A stretch of DNA of 64,000 nt, from NCBI GenBank assembly GCA_964016885.1, contig OZ024756.1:62001-126000 (forward strand), in the 5' to 3' direction. A program made the position numbers and the translations under genes. The notes beneath the pieces were generated by a model. It ran no database searches and had not been told where the DNA came from. It worked only from the letters and a program-made list of their open reading frames with translations. The stretch's first letter is position 1. Each line of letters starts with the position of its first letter. Shown here piece by piece: positions 15,201 through 27,724 of the stretch. The stretch comes from Eledone cirrhosa (taxonomy: Eukaryota).

Positions 15201-15412
15201 GATTATTGTCAATCCACCGGCCAAACTGTGTAGAAAGCGGTGGGGAGAAGGGACAAAGAGAACTAGTTACTTTAAGGAAATATATATATATTCATACGTA
15301 TATATATAAACCCTATACATATATATACACATACACGAACACATACATACACACACGTGTACAGGAACACATACATACACACATATATATATATACACAC
15401 ATACAAACGCAC

Positions 15413-15445
<33 letters not shown>

Positions 15446-15858
15446 TATATACACATACAAACACAAATACACACAAACAAACACATACATAAACACACAC
15501 AAACACACATACACAAATACACACATATATATACACACACACCCATATACACACATCAGTGGTTCCTACTGTGCCCCACTCCAATCCTGTCACTAAATAA
15601 ATAAATGCTACCTCTCTCACAACATTGTTAGATTCCTTCATTTTGTTATGTAAGACACTTCTGAGACATTCTCTTGTCATATATATATACTTGCTTCTCC
15701 AACATACACCATCACCACCACCACCACTACTACTACAACACCACCATGACCACCACTACTACAACACCACCACTGAACAGTTACTTGCCTGCCTTAGGTA
15801 TATTTGTGTGTATATATGCTATGAGGTGTGTGTGTGTACATATATATATATATATATA

Positions 15859-15997
15859 AATAGGAAAATGTTAAATTCTGACGGCAGAGCTCTGCCGTCG
15901 GGGTTTAACATTTTCCTATTACCCACTCTACTACCCTAAGTATTGAGTACTCTGGTGCATTATGGTCCAACTGCTTTCTTACCACACTTCCTTCATT
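15859..15997 (+). mobile_element. Short palindrome (31-bp arms) plus one-sided tail; probable Penelope-type terminal remnant
   Basis: AATAGGAAAATGTTAAATTCTGACGGCAGAG|CTCTGCCGTCGGGGTTTAACATTTTCCTATT, then a tail with TTGAGTACT at 15943. Same family in reverse orientation at 20881-20990. Flanked by (TA)n. Confidence 0.6.
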
Positions 15998-16004
15998 ATG
16001 TACA

Positions 16005-16455
16005 TATATATTAACAAATGGAAACTATATTTATTTCATTATACATATTTCAAGGGCCACCAGAGCAAACTATGGTGCGCTTTCATCAAATAAAATATAA
16101 TATAGGTTAGTTTTATAAATAAATATTGGCATACCCTTAAAAAATGCAACCATTCTGGTTGGAATCTCCTGGATAGTGGATTCCAGGAGATTCCAACCAG
16201 AATGGTTGCATTTTTTAAGGGTATGCCAATATTTATTTATAAAACTAACCTATATTATATTTTATCTGATGAAAGCGCACCATAGTTTGCTCTGGTGGCC
16301 CTTGAAATATGTATAATGAAATAAATATGGTTTTATAAATATAGTTTCCATTTGTTAATATATTGTATTTTTACTCCAATAATTTGTTGAGTGCTTTATA
16401 TCAGTTATAAAAATATTTGCTTGTTGTATCCCAACAAATTAAATATAACTTCTAC
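16005..16455 (+). mobile_element. Hammerhead-bearing palindrome (arms about 170-180 bp, 8-nt spacer) plus about 90-bp tail; Penelope-like pLTR remnant
   Basis: Arms 16005-16173 and 16182-16362 are reverse complements. Outer arms and tail are homologous to 45070-45506. Confidence 0.8.
16258..16323 (+). ncRNA. Minimal type-I hammerhead ribozyme motif
   Basis: Stem I TATTTTAT/ATGAAATA; core CTGATGA (16266-72); stem II AAGCGCACCATAG..CTCTGGTGGCCCTT; GAAA (16304-07); short stem III A-TATGTA-T; predicted cleavage after A16315; AATAAA at 16320. Confidence 0.75.
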
Positions 16456-17112
16456 ATATATAATATATATATATTATTTGCTATGCACTCCCATTGCAGC
16501 ATGGTGTTCATTGAGAGGACTTCTATATTGCACATGCAATTCATCTTTGCATTACCACCATCACCAACACAACCACCACCATTACCACCACCATCACCAT
16601 CACCAACACAACCACCACCATCACCACCTCACCAACACAACCACCATTACCACCACCACCATCACCAACACAACCACCACTCCGGGGTACATTCTTCCCT
16701 CCTCCCCTTCCATTAGTCTTCTAGATGTCATGGTTGGAAGGTCAGTAGTTCTCTGTAAGGAATGGAACTGTGATGGAGAGAGAGAGAGAGGAGGAGGGAG
16801 AGATGGAGAGAGAGAGAGAGATGGAGAAAGAGAGAGAGTGAGTTCTGAGAGGGAGGGAGATGCCGGGGTGTGAGGGATTTAAAAGCATTGCAGGATGGAA
16901 GAGATTGTTTGTCTTCTTAGACAGTGGTTGGGTAGGGAGTAGGAGGGTGGTGGTGGGGACAGTAAGGTAGATGAGTGATGAGGAGGGATGGAGGGAGAGG
17001 GAGTGTGGAGGGATTTTAGGGAATATTTCTCAACTATGTAATACAGTAAATATAAAATATATAGAGATAAAGAAATAATACATCACAGCACACAAATATA
17101 AATATATTTGTG

Positions 17113-17144
<32 letters not shown>

Positions 17145-17176
17145 AATATATATATATATATATATATATACACAAA

Positions 17177-17218
<42 letters not shown>

Positions 17219-17236
17219 TGTGTATATATATATGTC

Positions 17237-17271
<35 letters not shown>

Positions 17272-17439
17272 ATATATATGTATATATTTGTATACACACA
17301 CACACACGTGTGTGTATATATATACACATACATATATATTTGTATATGCATTTGCATATTTATTATATTATATACATTCTTTATTACACACCCACACATA
17401 AACCTGAACACACAATAGTAAGTAAATACATTGTATTCT

Positions 17440-17461
17440 AGCATTCAGACATTTCCTGGTG

Positions 17462-17539
<78 letters not shown>

Positions 17540-17563
17540 ATTCACCAAGAAATGTCTGAATGC
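17440..17563. repeat. Inverted repeat (about 25-bp arms) flanking a (TA)n tract
   Basis: GCATTCAGACATTTCCTGGTGAATT ...(TA)n... AATTCACCAAGAAATGTCTGAATGC. Confidence 0.8.
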
Positions 17564-17815
17564 TTATCACTTATTTTTTTATCATTTATTTTGTTTTGAC
17601 CTGTTTAGCTTGATTTGGTTTTCGGCTTGGGTGGTTAATGCTTTCTTGATCACCTTTTCAGTTTTGTATGGCTTCTTAACACATTGTTTAGCTCTGGTTT
17701 TTAACTATTGAGCACTTTGCCAATATCATTTCTGATTTTTGCGTTTCACTTCGCTTTTCCTGCCCGCCTAAAATGCGATTCTTGCTGAATCTTTATTTAT
17801 ATATATATGTATAAT

Positions 17816-19398
17816 AAAGTACCTAGCTAAAAGTAAGCCACTCTACTTGGCATTTGTCGACCTTGAGAAAGCCTTTGACAGAGTTCCACGTGCGGTAATC
17901 TGGTGGGCTCTTAGAAAACTAGGAGTAGATGAATGGCTTTTGAAAGCAGTACAAGCCATGTATAGGGGAGCAGTCAGCAAAGTTAGGATTAGCAATGAGT
18001 ATAGCGAGGAATTTAGCGTACAGGTTGGGGTCCACCAGGGCTCTGTTCTTAGCCCTCTCCTGTTCATCATAGTCCTGCAGGCAATAACGGAGGAGTTTAA
18101 GACCGGATGCCCATAGGAACTCCTGTATGCTGATGACCTCGCACTCATAGCTGAATCTATGGTAGAACTAGAGAATAAATTCCAAACCTGGAAGCAGGGA
18201 CTAGAAAGAAAGGGTCTCAAAGTCAACATGACAAAGACTAAGGTCCTTGTAAGTAGACGAGAAAACAGAACCCAGATCCCCTCAGGGAAATGGCCTTGCT
18301 CAGTATGTAGGAAAGGTGTAGGTAGGAACTCCATTCTCTGCCCCAAATGCAAACAATGGGTACACAAGAGATGTAGCGGGATCTCAGGAAGCTTAATTAA
18401 GAATGTAGGATTCACATGCAGCAGCTGTGCTGAAACAGCAAGCAGCAAACAGCCACAGGAAACAAGTACCACCAATCTCTGGGAGGGCCCTGTAGAAACA
18501 GTAGACAGCTTCTGCTACCTAGGTGACCGAATTAGCAACGGAGGTGGGTGTTCAGAAAGTACAATAACTAGGGTAAGAACGGGATGGAAGAAGTTTAGGG
18601 AACTACTACCACTGCTAGCTGGAAAAGGCTTCTCCCTCAGAATGAAAGGCAGACTGTATGATGCGTGTATCCGAACAGCGATGTTGCATGGTAGTGAGAC
18701 CTGGGCGCTGAAGGTGTGGAAGACTTACGTAGATTAGAGAGAAACGAAGCCTGCATGCTTCGATGGATGTGTAACAGTAATATACGTGAACGACAAAGCA
18801 TAAATGAATTGAGAGAGAGACTGAGCATAAGAGAAATCAAATGCTGTGTGCAGGAGAGGCGGTTGCGCTGGTATGGACATGTGATGCGTATGAAGGATGA
18901 CAGCTGCATAAAAAGGTGCAGAGCACTAGAAGTTGATGGAAACCGCGGAGTGGGGAGACCCAAGATGACCTGGGATGAGGTGATAAAAGCCGACCTTACC
19001 CAACTACACCTCTCAAAGACAATGAGACACGACCGTGACTTCTGGCGTCTCGCAGTAATACAGAGTACCCGACCTCCCATGGGTACATGCTGAAGCATAT
19101 AAACAATATGCCCCCACACCCCCCACCGCAAGGTGGTCATGGAGGTGCCACGGCAAAAAAGCACCCAGCCCACACTGTAAAGTGGACGTGTAGGCGCCAC
19201 GAAAAAGCACCCAGCACTCACTGTAAATGAGATTGGTGTTAGGAAGGGCATCCAGCTGTAGAAATCAAGCCAGATCAATTTCTGTATGAGCAAGGCATGG
19301 TCAGCCGACCAGACACTGCACACAACAGGACAACCCGTCTAACCCATGCTAGCGTGGAAGAACGGACGTAAAACGGTGATGATGATGTTGATGATGAT
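17816..19398 (+). mobile_element. 5'-truncated RTE-clade LINE (3' UTR type A), decayed reverse transcriptase
   Basis: RT motifs AFVDLEKAFDRVP, GVHQGSVLSPLLF and YADDL; RLRWYGHVMR and GRPKMTW C-terminus; in-frame TAG at 18114-16 and frameshift near 18715; 3' UTR ends in (GAT)n. Confidence 0.95.
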
Positions 19399-19405
19399 AT
19401 ATATA

Positions 19406-20707
19406 CAAGGGGGGATCAAAAAGTTCACGGAATTTTTCAGAAAATATTCTATTTTTCAAAAAATATGATTTACCATCAATTTATTTTTCTACATAGTTGC
19501 TATCCAGGTCAATACACTTGACAAGGCGATGCTTCCAGCTTCGTAAGCTGTCTCTAAATAAAGTTGAAGGCCTTGTTTGAAGCCATGTGTTGGCAGTGTT
19601 TTTAGCTTCTTCAACACCACTAAAACGGGTTCCTTTTAGCATTTCTTTGAGTTTTGGAAAGAGGAAAAAGTCTGATGGGGCTAAATCTGGACTATAAGGC
19701 GGGTGAGGAAGCACTTCCCATCGAAATTCTCGAAGAACTTCTTTTGCAACCCACGCAGAATGCGCTGGTGCATTGTCATGGTGAAACAAGATCCCACCAT
19801 GAAGTTTCCCTTTTCGTTTCTTGACTAAAGCCTCTTTCAGCTCCCTTAAAACATTTGCATAGTAAGCTCCTGTCACAGTTCTTTGACCTTCAAGATAATC
19901 TATTAGTATCACCCCATCTGAATCCCAGAAAATGGTGGCCATCACTTTTTGATCCGACTTTTGAGATTTGAACTTGATTGGCCCCCGATGATCCATGTGG
20001 AAGCCACTGTTTTGACTGCTGTTTGGATTCAGGATTATACTGGTAGATCCAGGTTTCATCTCCGGTGATGATTCTGGTCAGGAAATGCTCTTCATCAACT
20101 TCAATTTTGTTTAATATCGCCAAAGACAGATCACTTCGAAGAATCAGCTGATCAGGGTGCAACGCTTTTGGGACCCATCGCGCTGAAAGCTTGCTTAGTC
20201 CCAAATTATCATGCAGAATTGAATTTGCCGAACCATATGAAATGTCTAGGGACTTAGCTAACTGATTAACTGTTATTCTTCGATCTTCTTCAATTAAAGT
20301 CTGAGCAGCCTCAACGTTTTGGTCATTTTTTGATGTTCCTAGTCTTCCACTGCGATGGTCGTCTTCAAGGTGGTCTCTCCCTTGTTTGAATCGCTGAATC
20401 CACTTGTAGACAGCAGTTTTCTTTGAAGCAGTAGTACCGTAAACTTTAACTAAAGCCTCCATAATCTGTGTCCCTTTCCATTTGAGTTTCACCAGAAACT
20501 TGATATTCGATCTTATCTCAAAATAACTATTTTCCATTGTTCCAAAAAGAGGTTTTTTAAAGAGTGTCAGTACTGTACAATAGTCCACGCATAACTGACT
20601 GCAAGCTAAACACCCAGTGACAATGTTCTGACATGTTTAATATTGTTTTAATCTATATTTTTCTTACTACGATAAAATTCCGCGAACTTTTTGATCCCCC
20701 CCCCTCG
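19406..20707 (-). mobile_element. Full-length mariner transposon (1302 bp), DD34D, irritans/Hsmar2-like TIR
   Basis: About 30-bp TIRs CAAGGGGGGATCAAAAAGTTCACGGAATTT / AAATTCCGCGAACTTTTTGATCCCCCCCCCTCG with TA on both sides. Subfamily call rests on recalled TIR similarity only. Confidence 0.95.
19481..20537 (-). pseudogene. Mariner transposase with a single frameshift
   Basis: MENSYFEIR start, WVPKAL, ITGDETW, HHDNAPAH, YSPDLAPSD with 34 residues between the 2nd and 3rd Asp. The two track ORFs join by a frameshift near 19985. Confidence 0.93.
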
Positions 20708-20880
20708 TATATATGTATATATAAATGTATATATATGTATATATAAATATATATATATACACACGCTGTTACAAAGATGTTTCTTTCAGACTGTGTATAT
20801 GTCACTTAAGAAGATTAGATGAAAAGAGGAGAGAAGATAGTGAGGGAGAGAGGGATATATATATATATATATATATAAAA

Positions 20881-21036
20881 CGAAGGAATTGTGGTAAGGA
20901 ATCAGATGGACCATGACGCACCAGAGTACTCAATACTTAGGGTAGTAGAATGGGTAATAGGAAAATGTTTAACCCCGATGGCAGAGCTCAAGCCGTTCCG
21001 ACGGCTATTTCTGGACTAAATTCAGTCCAGAGATAT
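20881..21036 (-). mobile_element. Second copy of the 15859-15997 family, with short terminal hairpins
   Basis: Reverse complement of 15885-15995 (AGAGTACTCAATACTTAGGGTAGTAGA...AATAGGAAAATGTT), then hairpins AGCCGT/ACGGCT and TCTGGACT/AGTCCAGA. Confidence 0.65.
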
Positions 21037-21043
21037 ATAATAT

Positions 21044-21163
<120 letters not shown>

Positions 21164-21660
21164 GAGACCGAGAAAATAAGTGAACATGTGTGTATATATC
21201 TATCTGTGTCTGTGTGTATATATCTATGTGTATATGTGCCTGTGTGTGTATGTATATGTTTCTGTGTGTGCGACTCCTGTGTGTATGTGTATGTATGTGT
21301 GCGACTTCTGTTTATAAAGGCAGCACTTATCTGAAGAATTTACGGAAATCTTATCAGTTTCAATATTTCTCGTCAGTAATCAATGTTGGATTTAGAGTTG
21401 ACCTCAGTAGGAGGTGGGGGAGAGACTGAGGTAGAGGGGGTGGGAGACTGAGACAGAGGGGCGTGGACTAAGGTAGAGGGGGGAGACTGAGACAGAGGGA
21501 GTGGGAGACTGAGACAGAGGGGGGTGGACTAAGGTAGGGGGGGAGACTGAGACAGAGGGGGTGGGAGACTGAGACAGAGGGGGGAGTAGATGAGGTAGAG
21601 GGGGAGGGGAGAATAGACTGAGACAGAAGTGAGATATTGAGGGATAGGGGATGAAGAGAT

Positions 21661-21707
<47 letters not shown>

Positions 21708-21824
21708 AAGGTGTGAGAGAGAGGATAAGGGAACGAAAGACAAAGAGAGAGAAGTTAGTGTGCATTCACGTGAGATGTAGAATGCGACAGGAAATTCTGT
21801 GAAATATATCTATATAGAAAGGTG

Positions 21825-22605
21825 GTAGACTGTGGAAGTGTTGTGGTGTGGTAGAATGGTAGACTATGGAGGTATTGTGGTGTGGTAGAATGGTAGACTA
21901 TGGAAGTATTTTGGTGTGGTAGAATGGTAGACTATGGAAGTATTTTGGTAGAATGGTAGACTATGGAAGTATTTTGGTAGATGGTAGACTATGGAAGTAT
22001 TTTGGTAGAATGGTAGACTATGGAAGTATTTTGGTAGAATGGTAGACTATGGAAGTATTTTGGTAGAATGGTAGACTATGGAAGTATTTTGGTGTGGTAG
22101 AATGGTAGACTATGGAAGTATTTTGGTAGAATGGTAGACTATGGAAGTATTTTGGTAGAATGGTAGACTATGGAAGTATTTTGGTAGAATGGTAGACTAT
22201 GGAAGTATTTTGGTGTGGTAGAATGGTAGACTATGGAAGTATTTTGGTAGAAAGGTAGACTATGGAAGTATTTTGGTAGAATGGTAGACTATGGAAGTAT
22301 TTTGGTAGAATGGTAGACTATGGAAGTATTTTGGTAGAATGGTAGACTATGGAAGTATTTTGGTAGAATGGTAGACTATGGAAGTATTTTGGTGTGGTAG
22401 AATGGTAGACTATGGAAGTATTTTGGTGTGGTAGAATGCAGACTATGGAAGTATTTTGGTGTGGTAGAATGCAGACTATGGAAGTATTTTGGTGTGGTAG
22501 AATGCAGACTATGGAAGTGTTGTGGTGTGGTAGAATGCAGACTATGGAAGTATTTTGGTGTGGTAGAATGCAGACTATGGAAGTATTTTGGTGTGGTAGA
22601 ATGGT
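21825..22605. repeat. 29/33/34-bp minisatellite
   Basis: TGGTAGAATGGTAGACTATGGAAGTATTT(TGGTG) tandem units. Confidence 0.95.
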
Positions 22606-22825
22606 GAAGTTTGGTTTAGTGGCAGCTAACAGAACATAATTACTAAACCACCACCGCCACAAACACCACCACCATAACAACTATCAATATCAATACAAAC
22701 TGCAATAAAAACAGGAAAGGTTAGGTAGATTTTACAAACGTATATATATATGTGTGTGTGTATATGTATGTGTATATATGTATGTGTGTGTATATGTGTA
22801 TGTGTGTGTATGTGCGTGCATGAGT

Positions 22826-22865
<40 letters not shown>

Positions 22866-23017
22866 GTATATATATATGTGTGTGTATATATCATGAGCCA
22901 ATGATCATATAAATACTTTGTTAAAAATATATAAACTAACGGCCTTAGGGACATTGTGAAGTTGTGCACATGAATAAATACACACACACACGTGTGTGTG
23001 TGTCTGTGTGTCTGTGC

Positions 23018-23068
<51 letters not shown>

Positions 23069-23116
23069 ATTAAATGTTTCTTGCTAATTTTATACTCACA
23101 AACCAAACATTAAACA

Positions 23117-23176
<60 letters not shown>

Positions 23177-23224
23177 TGTTTAATGTTTGGTTTGTGAGTA
23201 TAAAATTAGCAAGAAACATTTAAT
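23069..23224. repeat. Inverted repeat (about 50-bp arms) flanking (TA)n
   Basis: ATTAAATGTTTCTTGCTAATTTTATACTCACAAACCAAACATTAAACACCAA-(TA)n-reverse complement. Confidence 0.9.
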
Positions 23225-23653
23225 GGAGGACAGGCACATGTCTCTCAGCTGTATAAATTATATCATATATATGTCTCAGCTGTATAAATTATATCATATA
23301 TATGTCTCAGCTGAAGGAACTGGATATTGGTGGAGCCAATTGTTAATTCAACCATGAGACTCAACACCAATGTATACATACATGCGTGTGTGTGTGTTAG
23401 GTATTTCTGAAGAGAAAGCAAAGGATAAAAGAGTGCTCTCTCTTTCTCTCTCTCTCTATATATATAACAACATCATTCATTATCATCACTGTATAACATG
23501 CATTTTCCATGCTAACATGGGTTAGAGAGATTGTCCTATTTGAACCAAGTCAAGGCCACATGACCATGTCTTGCTCATACAGAACTGATTTTGGCTTGGC
23601 TTCTATGGCTAGATACCCTTCTTAACACCAATCACATTTTATATATATATATA

Positions 23654-23972
23654 TCATCATTTCACTTTACGTCCGCTTTTCCCTGCTTGCAAGGGTGGGA
23701 TGGTAACTGATTCTGGCTTGATTTCTACAGCTGGATGCCCTTCCTAACACCAACCTCATTTACAGTGAGTGCTGGGTGCTTTTTTTTGCCGCGGCACCTC
23801 CACGACCATTTTGCAGTGGAATGATAGGGACCCTAGTCCCTATCATCTCATTTCTACAGCTGAATAAACTGGAGCAATGTGAAATAAAGTGTCTTGCTCA
23901 AGGAAACAACACATCACGCGGTCTGAGAATTGAACTCACAACCTTTCGATTGCAAGGCCAATGCTCTAACCA
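23654..23972 (-). mobile_element. tRNA-derived CORE-like SINE, family S2, slightly 5'-truncated
   Basis: Reverse complement of 24001-24329. Confidence 0.9.
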
Positions 23973-23983
23973 TATATATATAT

Positions 23984-24329
23984 GGAGGCACATGGCTTAG
24001 TGGTTAGAGCATTGGCCTTGCAATCGAAAGGTTGTGAGTTCAATTCTCAGACCGGGTGATGTGTTGTTTCCTTGAGCAAGACACTTTATTTCACATTGCT
24101 TCAGTTTACTCAGCTGTAGAAATGAGATGATAGCACTGGGGTCCCTATCATTCCACTGCAAAGTGGTCGTGTAGGTGCCACGGCAAAAAAACACCCAGCA
24201 CTCACTGTAAATGAGGTTGGTGTTAGGAAGGGCATCCAGCTGTAGAAATCAAGCCAGAATCAGTTCCCGTCCCACCCTTGCAAGCAGGGAAAAGCGGACG
24301 TAAAATGATGATGATGATGATGATGATGA
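23984..24329 (+). mobile_element. Full-length tRNA-derived CORE-like SINE S2 with RTE-derived 3' tail
   Basis: A-box TGGCTTAGTGG (23993), B-box GAGTTCAATTC (24036), CORE-like CCTTGAGCAAGACACTT, tail GGTGTTAGGAAGGGCATCCAGCTGTAGAAA...CGGACGTAAAA(TGA)n shared with RTE 19133-19395. Confidence 0.92.
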
Positions 24330-24337
24330 TATATATA

Positions 24338-24490
24338 AAGTTTAATATATGGCTTGTACAGGACTAGAACTTTTTTATTCAAAAGAGTTCTTGTCCTGTA
24401 GAAGCCATTTCTATATTAAACTTAATGTTTACACTATACTAATGTATTGAGTACCTTACTAACTGTGATTACCCCCGATTGAACTCAGAA
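24338..24490 (+). mobile_element. Imperfect 86-bp palindrome plus one-sided tail
   Basis: AAGTTTAATATATGGCTTGTACAGGACTAGAAC...GTTCTTGTCCTGTAGAAGCCA..TATATTAAACTT, then TTGAGTACC at 24447. Confidence 0.55.
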
Positions 24491-24564
24491 CTCACACAAG
24501 TGGATTTGTGCCATCAATAAAGATGGCAGTAGCTTGGAAGATATTTAATTTTGTGAGTCTACGA

Positions 24565-24851
24565 TTGGTATACCATATATACCAGGATGGTATACCATAT
24601 ATACCAGGGTGGTATGCCAGATATACCAGGAGTGGTATACCATATATACCAGGAGTGGTATACCATATATCCCAGGGTGGTATGTCATATATCCCAGGGT
24701 GGTATGCCATATATACCAGGATTGGTATGTCATATATACCAGGATTGGTATGTCATATATACCAGGGTTGTATGCCATATATACCAGGATTGGTATACTA
24801 AACATACCAGGATTGGTATGCCATATATACCAGGGTGGTATACCATATATC
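24565..24851. repeat. 23-25-bp minisatellite
   Basis: GGTATGCCATATATACCAGG-based units; resumes at 25166-25212 after a SINE. Confidence 0.9.
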
Positions 24852-24879
24852 TAAAAGTCTAAAGTCTGTCTTAAGCCAG

Positions 24880-25145
24880 AAGGCTCATTTGGCTGGTGCT
24901 GATACTGGTTTCATGGCGTGAAGCGACTGAGAGTACAAGCTTTCCCCCTGGACAGGACACCAGTCCATCAGAGGGTTAAACCTCCAGCTATTGCTGGTAC
25001 TCATTTTCAGCTGAGTAAACTGGAGCAACGTGAAATAAAGTGTCTTGCTCAAGGAAACAACACATCACCTGGTCTGAGAATTGAACTCACAACTTTTTTA
25101 TTGCAAGCCTAATGCACTAACCACTAAGCTATGTGCCTTCACATG
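24880..25145 (-). mobile_element. SINE S2-related subfamily with a different 3' half
   Basis: Shares CAGCTGAGTAAACTGGAGCAA..GTGTCTTGCTCAAGGAAACAACAC..AACCACTAAGC with S2; tail differs. Confidence 0.75.
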
Positions 25146-25359
25146 GCTTAGTGGTTAGAGCATTAGGTGGTATGCCATATATACCAGGGTGGTATGCCAT
25201 ATATACCAGGACTATCAGATGTAATATGAAAATTAGCGTTTTGATAAATCTATGGTTGGCACAATTGAAACCGTATAGTTTATGTTAATTACTGGTATGT
25301 GACAGTGGTTAAAGATAAGAATTACATTTTGATTTATATCCTAAATATAATTACATAAA

Positions 25360-25575
25360 TACTTTGGGAGTCATGTTGCCACTGTTGCACCTGTTGGTTT
25401 TCACTTCAATTTATTACAAATTTGAAGTTGGTTGGTTTATTAACCGGATGGTTGTTTATATATTCATCGTCAAAGCTCTTTTGCCGCACATTCTGTGACC
25501 TCCACAGTGACTAATTTGTTATTTCATGTCTCTCCTTTGTTCTGTCCTACATCATCTCGTTTTTGTGTTCAGCAT
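25360..25575 (-). mobile_element. Penelope-like 3' UTR/pLTR fragment with degenerate hammerhead
   Basis: Homologous to 36325-36535; minus strand GTCA-CTGTGGA-GGTCACAGAATGTGCGGC-AAAA-GAGCTT-TGAC at 25469-25511. Confidence 0.65.
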
Positions 25576-25814
25576 ATATATATATGTACATAACATAGAG
25601 GATTAAATGTTTGAGTAACTTTGGTAAATAAATATATACAGGGACAAATGTAGGGTTAGAACCCAGGACCTTGTGCTTGGGAAGGGAGCTTCTTATTGTA
25701 GCAATCTGACTGAACTATAACGGTAACATATTGTATGTGTGTGGAAATTTTAAATAACTACATATATATACACACACACACAGACATACATATTACACAG
25801 GCATATATATACAT

Positions 25815-25848
<34 letters not shown>

Positions 25849-25985
25849 GGTAGATGTGGATGTAACTAGAGTTACAGGCAGTCTATTGAACCCTGAGATG
25901 ATCGATATCAAAACAATTGTCACATGCAATAAAGTTCATTTATGGTGCAACCTTGACTGTCTTCCTGTTTACTTGTGTGTGTGTG

Positions 25986-26038
<53 letters not shown>

Positions 26039-26207
26039 TCACTGTTTAACGTCCATTTTTCCATGCTCACATGGGTTTTATATGTATATACACACACACA
26101 CACACACACATAATTTCTTACACACACACATATATGTGCACACACACATTACATAGGAAGACACATATACTTTTAGTATTTGTCTTATGTATATTTCAGA
26201 GATGGAC

Positions 26208-27641
26208 CTATAACACAGCCATACTGTATGTCTAATACCACAACAGTTACTATAACACAGCCATACTGTATGTCTAATACCACAACAGTTACTATAACAC
26301 AGCCATACTGTATGTCTAATACCACAACAGTTACTATAACACAGCCATACTGTATGTCTAATACCACAACAGTTACTATAACACAGCCATACTGCATGTC
26401 TAATACCACAACAGTTACTATAAGGTAGCCATACTGTATGTCTAATACCACAACAGTTACTATAACACAGCCATACTGTATGTCTAATACCACAACAGTT
26501 ACTATAAGGTAGCCATACTGTATGTCTAATACCACAACAGTTACTATAACACAGCCATACTGTATGTCTAATACCACAACAGTTACTATATAACACAGCC
26601 ATACTGTATGTCTAATACCACAACAGTTACTATATAACACAGCCATACTGTATGTCTAATACCACAACAGTTACTATAACACAGCCATACTGTATGTCTA
26701 ATACCACAACAGTTACTATAACACAGCCATACTGTATGTCTAATACCACAACAGTTACTATAACACAGCCATACTGTATGTCTAATACCACAACAGTTAC
26801 TATAACACAGCCATACTGTATGTCTAATACCACAACAGTTACTATAAGGTAGCCATACTGTATGTCTAATACCACAACAGTTACTATAACACAGCCATAC
26901 TGTATGTCTAATACCACAACAGTTACTATAACACAGCCATACTGTATGTCTAATACCACAACAGTTACTATAACACAGCCATACTGTATGTCTAATACCA
27001 CAACAGTTACTATAACACAGCCATACTGTATGTCTAATACCACAACAGTTACTATAACACAGCCATACTGTATGTCTAATACCACAACAGTTACTATAAC
27101 ACAGCCATACTGTATGTCTAATACCACAACAGTTACTATATAACACAGCCATACTCTATGTCTAATACCACAACAGTTACTATAACACAGCCATACTGTA
27201 TGTCTAATACCACAACAGTTACTATATAACACAGCCATACTGTATGTCTAATACCACAACAGTTACTATATAACACAGCCATACTGTATGTCTAATACCA
27301 CAACAGTTACTATATAACAAAGCCATACTGTATGTCTAATACCACAACAGTTACTATATAACACAGCCATACTGTATGTCTAATACCACAAGTTACTATA
27401 ACACAGCCATACTGTATGTCTAATACCACAACAGTTACTATAACACAGCCATACTGTATGTCTAATACCACAACAGTTACTATATAACACAGCCATACTG
27501 TATGTCTAATACCACAACAGTTACTATAACACAGCCATACTGTATGTCTAATACCACAACAGTTACTATATAACACAGCCATACTGTATGTCTAATACCA
27601 CAACAGTTACTATATAACACAGCCATATGTCTAATACCACG
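26208..27641. repeat. 42/44-bp minisatellite
   Basis: CTATAACACAGCCATACTGTATGTCTAATACCACAACAGTTA, about 33 copies. Confidence 0.97.
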
Positions 27642-27724
27642 ACACTTGCTATTTACATTTTAGCACGATAGTAACACAAACACTTTACAGAGTGTACTGT
27701 GTACATTTTAGCACGGCACAAACA

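Noticed and set aside
15206-17444. YI/HT/CV-rich ORFs (also at 22.6k, 28.5k, 37.8k, 54.9k and 58.5k)
   Set aside because: Translations of (TA)n/(CA)n microsatellites.
17843-18475. Antisense ORFs over the RTE copies (also 41.9-44.4k)
   Set aside because: Shadow ORFs of the LINE coding strand.
23984-24055. tRNA gene
   Set aside because: A and B boxes belong to a multi-copy SINE head with no complete cloverleaf.
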